From: the human T2T-CHM13v2.0 reference genome, Homo sapiens
Strand: one strand, 5' to 3'
NCBI RefSeq assembly: GCF_009914755.1
Contig: NC_060938.1
DNA: 64,000 nucleotides
Part shown: in pieces, positions 27,203-41,900 of the stretch
Layout: each line of letters starts with the position of its first letter
Position numbering within the stretch: position 1 is the stretch's first letter
Made by a program: the position numbers and the translations under genes
The notes under the pieces: generated by a model
Database searches by the model: none
What the model was told of the DNA's origin: nothing
The model's input: the letters and a program-made list of their open reading frames with translations, nothing else

Positions 27203-29382
27203 CTACATGGACAAATTGTATATGATCAGAATTGCTTTGAAGTGAATTGGTGTCACCTTGTAAACCAGGTACTTGTTTTGGGTAAGTTGGAGCCTACTAC
27301 TATTTTTTTTAAATGACAAATGGAGCAATTAATTAGGCAATACTGATCAAAATTCTTAAACATCTATTTGTGCACTAGAAATTCTTCCCTTTTACAAATA
27401 TGCCATTTGTCTCAAAAGGGAGACATATCTGAGTCATACACAGTCATTTTACTTAAATTTTGTGAAATTTACTGTTATCTTTGTCACCTGTGCATTCCAT
27501 GAACTATTTAAAATCTATACCTTTCAAAGTGATAAATAGTGTGTAGGTTTTACAGTACACATGGAGCTCTAACAATACCTAAACTAGAGCATCTTTATTG
27601 ACAAGAATTTGCTCTCAATCATGTAGGAAAATATACTATTGATGCAACATCACTGGGGTTCCATTTGAATCCTTGTAGTAAGTATCAATGATTTGACAAC
27701 TCTAATAGAATTTCTAAGTTCAAAGTTAATGGGATTATTGTGTATGTCTGAAAGGCATTTAATAGATTTCATCGTATATCTTAACCACTCTTTTAAAGAT
27801 ACAAAATAGTACATTTTATCTAGCTATGATGAGACGAATGAAAATTTGCTTATTAATGGCCGTAAGTGCTTTCAAATTACTTTTCTGTGAATGACCAATG
27901 CTATGTAATTCTCTGTGGAGTTGAGCTTCTTTCCTGAGAAATGGGAGAAATAGGAGAAAGATTTGCATTATATTAATAATAAAAATAAAATTCAGATGCC
28001 AGAAGCAGACCTACATATGACCTAGATATAAAAGTTGCCAAAGACTTTTAAGCTAATTGTGATGGAAATATTAAAAATTGAGACATATATGAACAAAAAT
28101 CAGTGTAAAAGATAAATAAAAATAGCAATCAATAAGATGTACAAATTAACTCATAATTTAAAAAATATTATATAGAACTGAATAACTCAAGAGATGAGTT
28201 TAATAGTCAACTGCGCAAAGCAAAAGGCAGGATGAATTAATTCAAAGATGAGTCAATAGAAAATACTGAATGCAGAGAAAACAGAATAGAAAGCAAAATA
28301 AAAAAAATAATAGCATAAGAGACACATGGGCATATTAAAAGCCTTAATATAATTATAATTGGAATTCCGGAAAGAGAGATTAGTGTCTTTCTGTGTCAGA
28401 GGCAATATTCAGAGAACAAACAATAAAGAATTTTCCAGATTTGGTGAAATATATTAACCTATTCCAAAAACTTAGCAAATCCCAGGCAGGACAAATAGAA
28501 AGAAAACCATACCAAGAGCCATCATAGTAAAATTGTTGAGAATCAAAGGCACAGAAGAAAGAAACATTCAGAAAAACAAACAAAAAAGGACACGTGGCTT
28601 TCAAAGGAACACTAGACTGATAGCTGATGTCTTAACATAAATTATTCAAATCAGAAAAAATTTAAATGATATTTCTAGAAAAAACTCTCAGCTAAGGTTT
28701 CTATCCCAAAATATGTTCCTCAATAAACACGATAAAATAAATTTTGAAACAAATAAGACAGGCAATTTATTATTAGCAGACCAACACTAATAGACACACT
28801 TTTCAAGGGAGAAATGATCTAGATGGAAATGTGGAAGTGCTGTATAAGAGAATAAAGAACACAAGGCAAGAGAAACATACAGGCAAATATTAAATTCTAC
28901 AGACTACTGAAAAATAATAGTAATATCTTGTGGGTTAAATTATATGTAGAACTAAAAAGCATGATTCTAATAATATAAAAGGTAAGAAAGGTCAATATAA
29001 TTTACAAGTACTGTGTTTCCAGGTAGTATCAAGAAAGTAGTAGGAATACAAATTTTATTAGATTATAATAAGTCAATGATTTATGTTGTAGTATCTAGCA
29101 TATACACTATATGAATAGTAAAAAACAAAACCCAAATAATCACACTACTTGAAAGAAACAAAAGAACAAATAGAAATATTTGATCTTATCCAAAAGAAGT
29201 TAAGAAAGCAAAAGGAAACATAAAGTAGTTGAACTAAACACAAAACAAATAATTAAGTGTATAGATATAGACCAACATGTAATTATATTTTATGTAGATG
29301 GATGACATAGTCTAAATATTAAAGACTGTTCAGGTTGGATTAAAAAAAATGACTTTAGTATTCTTATAAGAGAAACATTCTT

Positions 29383-30140
29383 TTTTTTTTAATCAACTTT
29401 TATTTTAAGTTCCTGGGTACATGTGCAGGATGTGCAGGTTTGTTACATAGGTAAACGTGTGCCATGGTGATTTGTTGCACAGATCCACCCATTGCCTAGG
29501 TATTAAGCCCAGCTTCAGTTAGCTATTCTTCCTGATGCTCTTCCTCCCCACTTTCTGCCCAGACAGGCCCCAGTTTGTGTTGTTTCCCAACATGTGTCCA
29601 TGTGTTCTTATCGTTCAGCTCCCACTTATAAGTGAGAACATGTGGTGTTTGCTTTTCAGTTCCTGCATTAGTTTGCTGAGGATAACTGCTTCCAGCTCCA
29701 CCCATGTCCCTGCAAAGGACATGGTCTCATACGTTTTATGACTGTGTAGTATTCCGTATTGTATGTGTACCACATTTTCTTTATCCAGTCTACCATTGAT
29801 GGGTATTTGGGTTGATTCCATGTCTTTGCTGTTGGAAATAGTGCTGCAATGAATATAACATGTGCATGTATCTTTATAATAGAATGATTTACATTCCCTT
29901 GATTATATACATAGTAATGGGATTGCTAGGTCAAATAGTATTTCTGTTTCTAGAACTTTGATCTTTGAGGAGTCAACACACTGTCTTCCATAATGGTTAA
30001 ACTATTTTACATTCCTACTGACAGTGTAAAAGCATTCGTTTTTCTCTGCAACTTTGCCAGCATCTGTTATTTCTTGATTTTTTAATAGTCACCATTCTGA
30101 CTGGCATGAGATGGTATCTCATTGTGGTTTTGATTTGCAT
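29383..30140 (-). mobile_element. 5'-truncated L1PA (about PA10-PA13) with 3' UTR and ORF2 C-terminus
   Basis: caacttttattttaagttcctgggtacatgtgcaggatgtgcagg...; ORF2-like peptide MSFAGTWVELEAVILSKLMQE; TSD taagaKaaacatYctt at 29367-29382 and 30141-30156. Confidence 0.92.
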
Positions 30141-30276
30141 TAAGATAAACATCCTTAATTTAAGAACACAGAGAAGTTAAAATAACCAAATGCAAAAAAA
30201 AAGTATCATAAAAATCCTAAACAAAATTAAGTAGGCCTAGCAATACTATCAGACAGTCTTTAAAAGCAAGAGTTGG

Positions 30277-30598
<322 letters not shown>

Positions 30599-31329
30599 AG
30601 TTGGTAGAGCCGAGGAGAGATATTCATAACAATATAGGGGCTAATCCAACAAGAAAATATCACAGTCTTAAATCTGTACATTACCAAAAACATATTTTCA
30701 AAATTTACAAAACAAAAGTCGACAAAACTAAGAGGATAAATTAGCAAATCTACTATTATGTTGGGAGATGTTAACATACCTCTCTCAATGGCTAATAAGG
30801 CAAAAAATATTAAGCATATAGCATGCTGAGCAACACAATTAACAAATTTATCCTGATTGACAGACATATATAGAAAGCTGCAATGAATAATGACAGAATT
30901 CACATTTTTTTCAAACACACATGAAACATTTACCAAAATTGTCCATTTGCTGCCACAAACAAAACCTCAATGAATTTGAAAAGATTAAGATAACACAGAT
31001 GATGTTATATGACCATGATCATATTACTAGAATAAATAACAAGAACACAACTAGAAAAACTCCCTGGAAATCATACAATATACTTGTAAATAATTCATGA
31101 GTCAAAGAGAACTTAAATTCAGAAATGTAAAGTATTTTGAACTGAATATGAATGATGACATAGCATCATAAAACTTATGAGATGTAGATAAAACAGAACT
31201 CAGAGGTAAATTGATAGCCTTACACCTAGGCAAGCAATAGCACTTCAAAGGTAAGGAAAGACCTAATAAACATAAGAGCAGAGGACAATAAAATATCTCA
31301 TGCCCTTTCTGTTTCACTATCCACTACCT

Positions 31330-31560
31330 GCATCTGCCAAGAATCACTACTCTTCTAACATTATATGCTAGTTTTGTCTGTTTTTGAAATTTATAGCAAA
31401 TGGGATACCATAAACTATGTGCTTATGACTTCTTTGCTCAATATTATGTTCATTAGATTCATCCATGCTTCTGTAATGCATCTGTAGCAGTATCAATATG
31501 ATAAATTAAAATCATATTCTTTTCTAATGCTCATTCTTGAATTCCTAGGATGCTCTCAGT
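31330..31560 (-). mobile_element. L1ME-like 3' fragment
   Basis: tagttttgtctgtttttgaaatttatagcaaatggga...cttctttgctcaatattatgttcattagattcatccatg. Confidence 0.6.
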
Positions 31561-31600
31561 TCAGTTGTAATGTACTCTTTTGTACACTGAAAGAATCAGG

Positions 31601-32345
31601 TATTTTTTCAAATGTTATTTTAGTTTTGGGGGTACAGGTTGTCAAATTGCATGTCATTAGTGTAAATAACATGTCACTGGGGTCTGGTGATTTCATCACT
31701 CAGGTAGTGAGCATAGTACCCGATAGGTAGTTTTTTGACCCTCGCCTTCCTCCCATCCTCCATCCTCAAGTAGCCCCCATTGTTTATTTTTCCCTTCTTT
31801 GTCTCACATGTACTGAATGTTTAGCTACCACTTATAAGTGAGAACTTGAGGGATCTGGTTTCTGTTCTCACGTTAATTTGCTTAGGATGATGTCACCAGC
31901 TGCATCTATGTTGCTGCAAATGACACGATTTCATTTTTTGTGTGGCTGCATAGTATAGCATCTACATGACATGCAATTGACAACCTGTAACCCCAAAACT
32001 AAAATAACATTTGAAAAAATACCTAATTCTTTCAGTGTACAAAAGAGTACGTTACAAAAGAGTACATAGTATGGCATAGTGAATATGTACGATATTTTCT
32101 TTATGCAGTCCACCATTGATGGGCATCTTGGTTGAGTCTATATCTCTGCTATTGTGAATGTGCTGCAGTGAACATATGTGCGCATGTGTCTTTATGGTAG
32201 AACGACTTATATTCTTTTGGTATATACCCAGTAATGGGATTGCTGGTTGAATGGTACCTTTGTTCTAAGTTCTTTGAGAAATCTCCGTACTACTTTCTGT
32301 AGTGCCTGAACTAATTTACATTCCCACTAGCAGTGTATAAGTGTT
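31601..32345 (-). mobile_element. 5'-truncated L1PA15/16-like element containing an inverted duplication
   Basis: caggtagtgagcatagtacccgataggtagttttttgaccctc...; tatatacccagtaatgggattgctgg; TSD aaagaatcag at 31590-31599 and 32347-32356. Confidence 0.88.
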
Positions 32346-32538
32346 TAAAGAATCAGTTTTCTAATATTAAGAATTTTTCTTCCATTTTAAGAAATCACAC
32401 CTACTTCTCATTCTGCCCTTATGTAATTTTCACATTAATGTAAGGCCCATCGCATAAAATAAATTCTCTCTTGAGTCTCAGGGACAAATTTTTAAAGGAG
32501 GAGATTATTTGTTAATTTGTGGTTTTGGAGAACCTGTA

Positions 32539-33276
32539 CAGGCACACCTCAGAGATACTGCAAGTTTGGTCAGACCACCACAGTAGACCAAATATCACAG
32601 TAAAGTGAGTTACAAGAGTTTTTTGGATTCCCAGTGCATATAAAAGTTATGATTACACTATACTATAGTCTAAGTGTGAAATAACATATCTGAAAAAACA
32701 ATGCACATACGAAAAATTGCTAATAATCATCTGAGCCTTAGGCAAGTTGTAATCTTTTTGCTGGTGGAGGATCCTACGTCAGTGTTAATGGTTGCTGACA
32801 AATCAGGGTAGTGATTGCTGAAGGATGGAGTGGCTGTGGTCATTTCTTAAAATAACACAACAATGAATTTTGCCACGTAAATGGACTCTACCTTTTACAA
32901 AAGATTTCTCTGTAGCATGTGATGCTGTTTGAAAGCATTTTACTCACAGTAGAACTTTTTTCAAAACTGGAGTCAATCCTCTCAAACCCTGCTGGTGATT
33001 TACCAACTAAGTTTATGGAATACTCTAAATCCTTTCTTGTCATTTCAACAATGTTCACAGCATCTTCACCAAGAGTAGATTCCTTCTCAAGGAGCAACTT
33101 TCACTGCTCATCCAAAAGAAGCAACTCTTCATCCATTCATGTTTGACCATTAGATTGCAGCAATTCAGTCCCATCTTCAGGCTCCACTTGTAATTCAGTT
33201 CTCTTGCTATCTCCACCACATCTGCTGTTACTTCCTCCACTGAAGTCTTGAACCCCTCAGTCATCCGTGAGAATTG
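32539..33276 (-). mobile_element. Tigger1 DNA transposon, 3' portion with frameshifted transposase C-terminus
   Basis: TA followed by TIR caggcacacctcagagatactgc; ORFs 33055-33264 and 32888-33097 give FKTSVEEVTADVVEIAREL and [21 protein letters not shown]...[22 protein letters not shown], matching Tigger1 transposase. Confidence 0.93.
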
Positions 33277-33429
33277 GAGACAAAATTATCACAACTGTGA
33301 GGCTGCTACAGGCATCTAGTGAATAGGGACCAGATACACTGCTCAATATCCCACAATGTATAGGGCAGCTTCTGAAAACAAACAATTATTAGTCCAAATC
33401 ATCAATGGTAACAAAGTTGAGAAATACTG
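33277..33429. mobile_element. MER20 DNA transposon, partial
   Basis: ggagac...tcacaactg...gctacaggcatctagtgaatagggaccag...acaaacaattattagtccaaa...gttgagaaatactg. Confidence 0.8.
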
Positions 33430-34575
33430 GTGTAGACCAATTCAATTTCTCTAATGGTTATAGGTCTTTTATGAAATATATTTGCAAGTTGTCCTCTTCT
33501 AGTAAGTCTTTTAATTAAAAGTTTATATTCATTGGCTAACTTTGTTATTAGTTTTTTCTTAGCATTTTAAATCTCTGCTATAATTGTATCACTGTTGCTA
33601 TTTATTGTTAGTATTGTTCATTTTAGGTGTCTGCATTGGCTAATGCCATGTGCTAAAGGTATTGTAATCAAACTGGTGCTGTTTTAATATTAATTTTGTA
33701 CTTTAAGCACCATAGAGTTTGATATTTTGATTTGAATTTCAAATCCATGTTAGGTTCACCACTATTTTGGATTCTCAGATCAGTTCTTTATTCACCTAAA
33801 TTTCAGGGAAAAGCATAAGCTTACTTATAGTCCCTCTTTACCTACACGTGTCTACCCTTTTACTGAGGGCGAGTGTCTCAGCTTTGTGGGAGACTATCAC
33901 TAATAATCCGTTCCTTTCTCAGACACAGAGTATTAGCTACATCTGGGCATTAAAATCCAAGATCAGTTGTTAAGGAGAGGAATTAACCGTAGCCCACTCC
34001 ACCCCAGCAAAATTATCAGCTCATGTAGTTCTCCCCTGCTTTTCGTTCCTTTTCCAATTTTGGTTTCTGAGGATATCTCACAAGTGTAATTTAAATATTG
34101 GCTATGCAGTTAAAATATGCAATAAAATTTTATTCCACATTTGTAGCTGTTTGGTAGCAGCTGAGTTTTCAGATTATTTTGATCATCATATTGCTGGAAT
34201 TATATCATCATTTAAAATAAATATTTGCATTTTCATGAGTTATTTAAAGTACATTTATAATAATTCTGACTCAATTTATATTTGGCATGTTACATGCCAT
34301 TTCAAGAGGGTTCTTTGATTTTATAATGTATAGCTTCTGTAATAAAATAACACCTATGAAATGTTTGTTGGTGGAAATATTTTTATTAATGTTCTAAAAC
34401 AAAAAGAGTCATCATCAGGCCCTATTCGTTTTCTTATGTCAAATTAAATATACATGTAAGTTACCTGATGTTGAAGCCTTTGTTTTTTTAACTTGTCTGG
34501 AGAAATTCCCATTGTAGTAGGCAACCCCCTTCTCGTTGTGAATTTTGGTCAGTCCTGAAAAATACAAATGATGTC

Positions 34576-34919
<344 letters not shown>

Positions 34920-34949
34920 TTAGAGATTGAAAAATGAAGTCCTTATATC

Positions 34950-35750
34950 ATTAAGGTTTTTGAGTTACCAGCAACAGAAAATTAGTCACTAACTTAAGAA
35001 CAAATGAATGAATTTAACTAATGTGTGTTAGCTCAATAGAATAAAGAAAAATCTGAAGTCTTGGAAAATTCAAGATCCTTGGCTGTTTTAGGAATTTGGA
35101 TTTTAAGAAGTATTGCATAATCTCTGCAGAATTTCCGGGATGAAACAGCTTCAACTGTTTTCTGTCTTTGTTACTCAGGTTGATTGAAATTCTTAGGAGA
35201 GAGAGTCAGACTGACCTAACTTTGGTCATATGCCCATCTCTTTTTAGTGGAAGAAGATAAACTTTACTGAAAGTCTCACTAGAATTCATAAGGGTACGAA
35301 TTTGTGTCTGTTATCACTCAGATATGCTGCCAATGATATTGAATACTAGAACTACAAACTATTATCCTCATAGAACCATAAGCAATTATTGCTTGCTCAT
35401 ATTTCCGTGGGTTTGCTGGGGTTTGGCTGATCTTAGCTGAACTCACTCTGGCTTGGCTACAGGCGAGGTGTTGTTTTAGCTCATCTCCACATGTCTCTCA
35501 TTATTCTAGGGCCTGTGTGCCACCAGGGGTATCTTCTGTTCATAGCAATGGCTAAAGAACCCTGGAAGCACGGGTTCAAGTACATGTGAAGCTTCCGTGT
35601 CATGTCTGCTCACACTCTCATTGATCAAAGCAAATAACACAGCCAATCAACGAGGTAGGGAAGTATAATCTGCTACTGTTGAAAGAACTGCAAAAGATTT
35701 AAATGTAGAGAGGGGGAAGATTGGGAGTAAAAACATAATGTAGTCCAGTT
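34950..35750 (-). mobile_element. Old MLT1-type LTR fragments (probably two elements)
   Basis: gagttaccagcaacagaaa; gagagagtcagactgacctaactttggtcatatgccca; gggtttggctgatcttagctga; gtcatgtctgctcacactctcattgatcaaagcaa. Confidence 0.5.
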
Positions 35751-37742
35751 TCCTGAAGGGAAACCTGTGTGCTTTAACAAAAGATGGACAAAAAGGTATA
35801 TTACTGGAAAATAAAAAACCTCATATGTACACTGCAGTGTCTAAGACATGTCTTAATAAGTACATTTGGTTACAAAGTGAGTATGGACAAAATTGGGAAA
35901 ATCAATTTTTATTAACTATATTTTAGAAAAGGAAAACATTTTATTTCTTTTTAGTCACACATAATTTAATTGTATAACACATACAGGTTCCAGTTAAGCC
36001 TCTTTGAGTAGGAGAATCTGGTAATAGAATTATCAAAGAACAACTTGGCACAGATAGAGCTGAACCTAGAAGGCATCAGAATACTTTCGCCTTTGTTTTA
36101 TCCACGTGACTTCCTTTATTTTGAAAACATTTATACTGAAAAAATCAGATTACAATGTGTATGATTTCAGTCATAATGGGGAAAAGGGATGTTATTTATT
36201 TTAGGAATCTCTGATATACAATCTTGAAGTTTCTTCACTCACTAACTTTATCAACCAATTCTCCATTCTGCTTTAGTTTTCTAATTCATAATAACATACA
36301 GAAAAATCATGGGGCCATTCTAAAGAAACTGCTTGTGAAAAATGGCAGGTTACATTTAAGATAATACGTAGATACTTTTCTCTTAAGGGAAGTATTTCAA
36401 TTAAGTAAGGCGAAGGGAAATAATCTAAGAGTTTAGGTGGGGAGGGATGAACAAGTCAGAAATGTGAAGACTAGCACTAAAGAGTATACCTCTTTAACGA
36501 GAAAGCAAAAATCTTACATTCTTACAAATGTATATTCATCTAAATTCACTTACATGCTTATAAATTAAACCCGTGTTAGTTCACTAAACGGTGCTTTAAT
36601 TGCCTAACTTCTGTATACTTGAGGTGTGTTACCCTTGTTAGAATTGTTCCCTATTGGACTTCTTGTTCACTCACCATTTCCAAAGTGATGGGTTCTTCCT
36701 AAAACAATTTCTTAGGGGTCTTCTCCTCTTAGTCCACCAATATCTGGAATCTAGACCTAATGTCTAGGAAAGTGCCTAGCACAATTAAATGTGCTCTTTA
36801 AATTTTAGACAAAGAAGCAAAGCAGAAAGGAAAGTATCCGTTTACAGTGTACTGTGAAGGGAAAACATATGCCACAAGTGCCCATCTGTGGAGAGTCTGA
36901 GTTTCCCCAGGAGTTCACAACACTGTGCACTGCTAGCTGAGAGGACTTGGCAGTCGATTCTCATTTCAGAGATCCAGAGTTCTTGTTTGTTGTGACTATC
37001 TCCTCTTGGGCTTGTCTGCCTTTTCCTTCTCCTAAGCATGACAGTGATATCAGCTGAATTTCATTCCAGCTCTTCTGAAATTGGACAGCTTTGTATTTCC
37101 CCCTTGGTTCCAAGGATCAAATTTAAATGCTATTTTAGCCTCTTGCTGCATAGGGAGCCTACAGGATATATTCTGCCTTTGCCATAGAGAACAGGCCTTT
37201 CAAACATGTGGTAGAAAACCTAAGGGGGTTGGTTGTACACTGGAATTGGCCAGCGTACCCAGCAGCTTGCCTAGCCCTTGTAGCAAACATGTTAATTCAA
37301 GCTTAGTTATGCTAAACCTCAAGGCTTGTTCTTTGAAAATTAAATTGGTACTTCCACACAATTATTGGCTGAATATAATTTACACTGAGGTCCTAACTAA
37401 AGCTTCGCCATAGCTGTGAGAATAGTTAAGCACAGACCAGCTATTTTAGTCTGAAAAACTGCCCCTGGCATGGGAGAAGTAGAACTTTTGTTCACATGTG
37501 TTTTGCTTTGCCATATGTGAAACTGCTGTTACGGCAAAAGACTGTTTCCTGAGTAATATTTCAGAGCTCTGGACTACTGTCTTTTGGGAATGTTCTACCT
37601 GCAAACTGGCTTATCAACTTTGGTCAGAGAAATTGTGTGGGTCAAAACTTGTATTTTACATGATCCAGAGTTGTTGCTATGTTTGAATTCTCATTATTTT
37701 GGTCTCCTCCTATGTTTGGATTGATGTTAACAACCTAATATG

Positions 37743-37822
37743 TTAGGTTGAACCACACTAAATTGTCATTATTCAACCGGTTTTGATAGACAAAGATGAC
37801 ATTTTCACATGGCTCAACCTAA
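37743..37822. mobile_element. Mariner-type MITE (MADE2-like), about 80 bp
   Basis: TIRs ttaggttgaaccacac / catggctcaacctaa with a TA at the 3' side. Confidence 0.8.
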
Positions 37823-38334
37823 TAGCTTTGATTTCTAAAGCCATTTAAGTCCTATTTTATTCTAGCAATCTAGATATCATAATCACTAAATTATCAATCA
37901 GCTGGTGAATATGAGTGAGAAATATAGTGAGAAAACTGGCTCATCTTGAATTTTCCCTTGTTGAAGTCCTAGAGCTTTAGGCCACATTTTTGTTTTGACT
38001 GCTGGAGTCCTTCAGAGAGAAAGGGGGTTTTCATGCTCCTTTTTCTTTTTTCTTTTTTTCTTTCTTTCTTTATATTTACCAGGGCGGGCATCCTGAGAAT
38101 TAAAGACTCCTTTCCCTTCCCTTTCTCTGGCTTCTCTCTTTCAAAGTCCTCCTTCTGTTCTGTCTTTTTAATTGATAGTTTTGAAATGGATTTAAAAAAT
38201 GATTTTTCAAGACAGAGTTCTGAAGAAGAACCTCGGTTTCTCTTTTTGTAAGTCCCAGAAACCAGAATAAGCCCAAGCAGATGGCTCTTGCTCAAGAGCC
38301 AGTCTACTTCAGTACACAGTTCAGCGAAGGCTGC

Positions 38335-38530
38335 CACTGAGTCACACAGAGCCCTCTTTTTACTAACGGTGTAATCTTGAAATGTTGCCTAACCTTTCTG
38401 AGTGTCAGTTTCATCATTGGTAAGATGGGATAACTACCACCTACCTCACAGGACTAGTGCAAAGATTAAATATATAATATATAAGCCATGAAGTGTGTTT
38501 TGTTTGTAATGTACACTCAGTAAATGTCAT
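38335..38530 (+). mobile_element. MIR SINE
   Basis: gttgcctaacctttctgagtgtcagtttcatcattggtaagatgggataactaccacctacctcacaggac. Confidence 0.8.
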
Positions 38531-38623
38531 CTCCTTTTCATTCCCCTAGGTTCTTTAGCCTCAAGACAAATCTCAAGGGGAAGGCTATGTAATTCCAGAG
38601 TTTGTCTTCTTTTCTGTTACTAG

Positions 38624-38942
<319 letters not shown>

Positions 38943-41900
38943 CTGCACTCTTTTGATGAAAAAGTTCATTGCCCTAGTGGGGGGATTGTGTTCTAAGATG
39001 GTTATATTTTATGCCCTTGTTGTTTTCTAGGGACTTCCCTGAAAAATTTGAAGTAGATTGTGGGAGTGTGAAGGAAAGGGGACTCCTGATACTACTTTCA
39101 AAAATCAGGTCCAAAATTCAAGAAAGAGTATTTATGAATATGCACGCTCCCTTATTTTAAAACACTTTGCAATATAATACTTTATACCATTAAATTGAAA
39201 CAGGTAGTTGTAAATATTAACATTTTCCAAATGCCCGGGGTTGCACACAAATGCTGATTTGCATGTAGATGGGTGTGGGTATGTCTAGTTTCTAAATTTG
39301 AATGTCTTCTTGCAGATTGTTAAGGACAAAGGGAGATGAAAAACTCCTAATTCAGTGATTCTGATTATAGAATGTATGAGATATGGAATTTTTAAAAATT
39401 AATTAAATATTTTTTGAATATCTGTTAAGAGCCCAGTGCTATGCTAAGAGCGCTTTTTCTCTTTTGCTGTTCCTTTTTCTGGTCTGCAATTGCCTGTGCT
39501 TCCTTACCCAGTCTCTTTTGGAAAAGCCCTGAGAGACCTCCTCTGTTGGCTATCTGGAAAGTCTCTGCTAAGAAACAAAGAACTCCCTGTGTTGTACCTC
39601 TAGGGAACAGAAATGTGACGGATGATGGCTAAACTGGGTGCAAACACAGCTATAGAGCTGAGTGAACTGTCAACTGGAAATAGCTCCTTCCTAATTCTAA
39701 TGAACTTTATTTGTGGAATATTGCCTCAACTACCAGTATTGCTTTGGGAAAATTCTATTCTCTTTGGCAACACAAAGGAAGCTCAGAGTATAAAATGTAG
39801 GGATGGAAAGTCCAAAAATCTATTATGTTTATTGTTCATGTCATACTTTTTTTTCCTGCAGACTTTTATTTTCTCAGCCCACAAGAAGAGCTGAAGAGAA
39901 GCAAATTTTTCAATTTAAGGCTTGAGAATACAATTTACACATGTTATATATAACATTGCCAGAGGCAGGATTTAAACACTCTTGGATTTCTGTAACTAGT
40001 GTCATGGTAACATAGTGGAGGGCTTCTGTGTAGTTTCAGGTATTTTACTTGTATTTGCTTTTATTTTTATTTTTCTCACAATGGTAGATTCTTGTGAAAA
40101 GTCCCCTTGTTAAATGAACTTTGGTATAATATTAAATTTACTACCCAGTTCTTCCCGTAGAAAATACAGCAATTTTGTCACTATGTGAGTATTATTGCCA
40201 GAATATACCTGCTAATTTGCTGATGGCTCATTTTTAAAAGATTCTATAATATACCTTCGATTATTGCTATTGAATATAATACTGTGTCTCTTACATTTTA
40301 CATAAATGACTCGAGAACATCCACTTTTGTGCAATTATTTTACTAACACAATTAACTACAACATATGACATAGAAATAATTTTTTACATAAAATCAAGGA
40401 TATATTTTCAATCAAAATCCTTTCTACATTTAGAGAAGTGTATTCTAACCAAAAGATAATGGAACCAATTGTGCTCTTACCTAATTTGCCAAAATATATT
40501 CTTTAGATTGATCATTTTATGTTTAAAAAGTGAAAATATTCCTCTGTAGACATTTTCATTAGTTGTTGTTTTATAGAAACTCTTGGTACTATTGTTGATC
40601 TCGTTTTGTTACTAGTGCATTAAATATATATGGAGATTTGCATGTTAGTTAAATGTTGCTTCGTGGATTTGTGAGGGTCAGGTACTAGAATATACACACA
40701 TATTCTTCATAGGAAAACATTAATTTATTCTACTTCATTCTTTTCAGATTATTTATAGTTATTGTCTGTTGAACAAAATAAAAATAATTGACCGTTATAA
40801 ATGATTTTGGTAAAATTGCATTCCTATAACTTCAGTGTCTCTGTAGCTTTTGGTGTGTAACAATGGTAATCTCAGGAATGGGAATATGAAGGTCAATATG
40901 ATCAGAAAGAAAAAAAGTCAAAATGATTTGTGGAATGGTTTTGTTGTGGGAGAAGAGATAACAAGGAGGCTATTTTACTGACAGAGTTATAGGATGGATG
41001 CAAATGAGAACAAATTTTGTATTTGCTATGGACAGATATTTGAGAATGATGAATCATAGAACATTAATTAAGTAAAGCAATGGGACTCAAAAGAAATGGG
41101 AATTTCAGAGAGAAATGAACAGATATGTGTGGTTCCCTGGGCTCTTCTGCTTTGTTATGGTGGCTTACAATGATTCCATTAAATCCCACTGAGAAACGAA
41201 GATAGAAAAAAAAATTAGGTCATTTTGTAATCTAATAATACTCATTTTATTTTAGTATCTAGTATTCTAGATCTAGGTCTTGGACTAATTCCCAGTGGGC
41301 ATTCTACATACTTTTGTAAACTCTACATCATTCAGCAAGAATAGCCTTTGTGCAGCTAAGGCCGAGGACATAGTCACAAAGGTATATGACAAAAATGTAT
41401 GTTGGGTTGGTGAGGCAGAACCTCTAGCCATTACTAATTTCGCTTAGAATAGGAATTCCTCCAAAGAACTCAGTCTCAGTAGTTAGGAAGCAGAATCAAA
41501 TTTAAACCATAAATACTTGAAAAAGTTCTATTAAACATGATATTTATAAATAAAACAAAAAATTGGGTGGATATAGCTGAGCACATTATATGAAATAGTC
41601 TACATGTTGATGCTAATGTTGATTACTAGGCTTTCATTACAAGAATATTGCTGAAGTCCCTGTCCAAGTGTAGCTGAGACATTAGTATATGGGAACCTGG
41701 TTCCATATTTGGTTAGCCTCTGATACAAATTGTCTCTTAGCATCCCATACTATTTTAAGCTTGTTTTTGTCACTCCTCAATATGATGCCAAATTATCTAT
41801 CAGAGAGAGCCTAACACCTTTAAGTGTCATCTGTATAGGCATTTACTTATCAACAGAGGTTTCATAAATTCTATTAATATAGTTTAATGTTTACCAATGC

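Noticed and set aside
37969-38337. 122-aa Lys/Glu-rich ORF on the minus strand
   Set aside because: It arises from a low-complexity pyrimidine tract, starts at a non-ATG codon and resembles no protein I know
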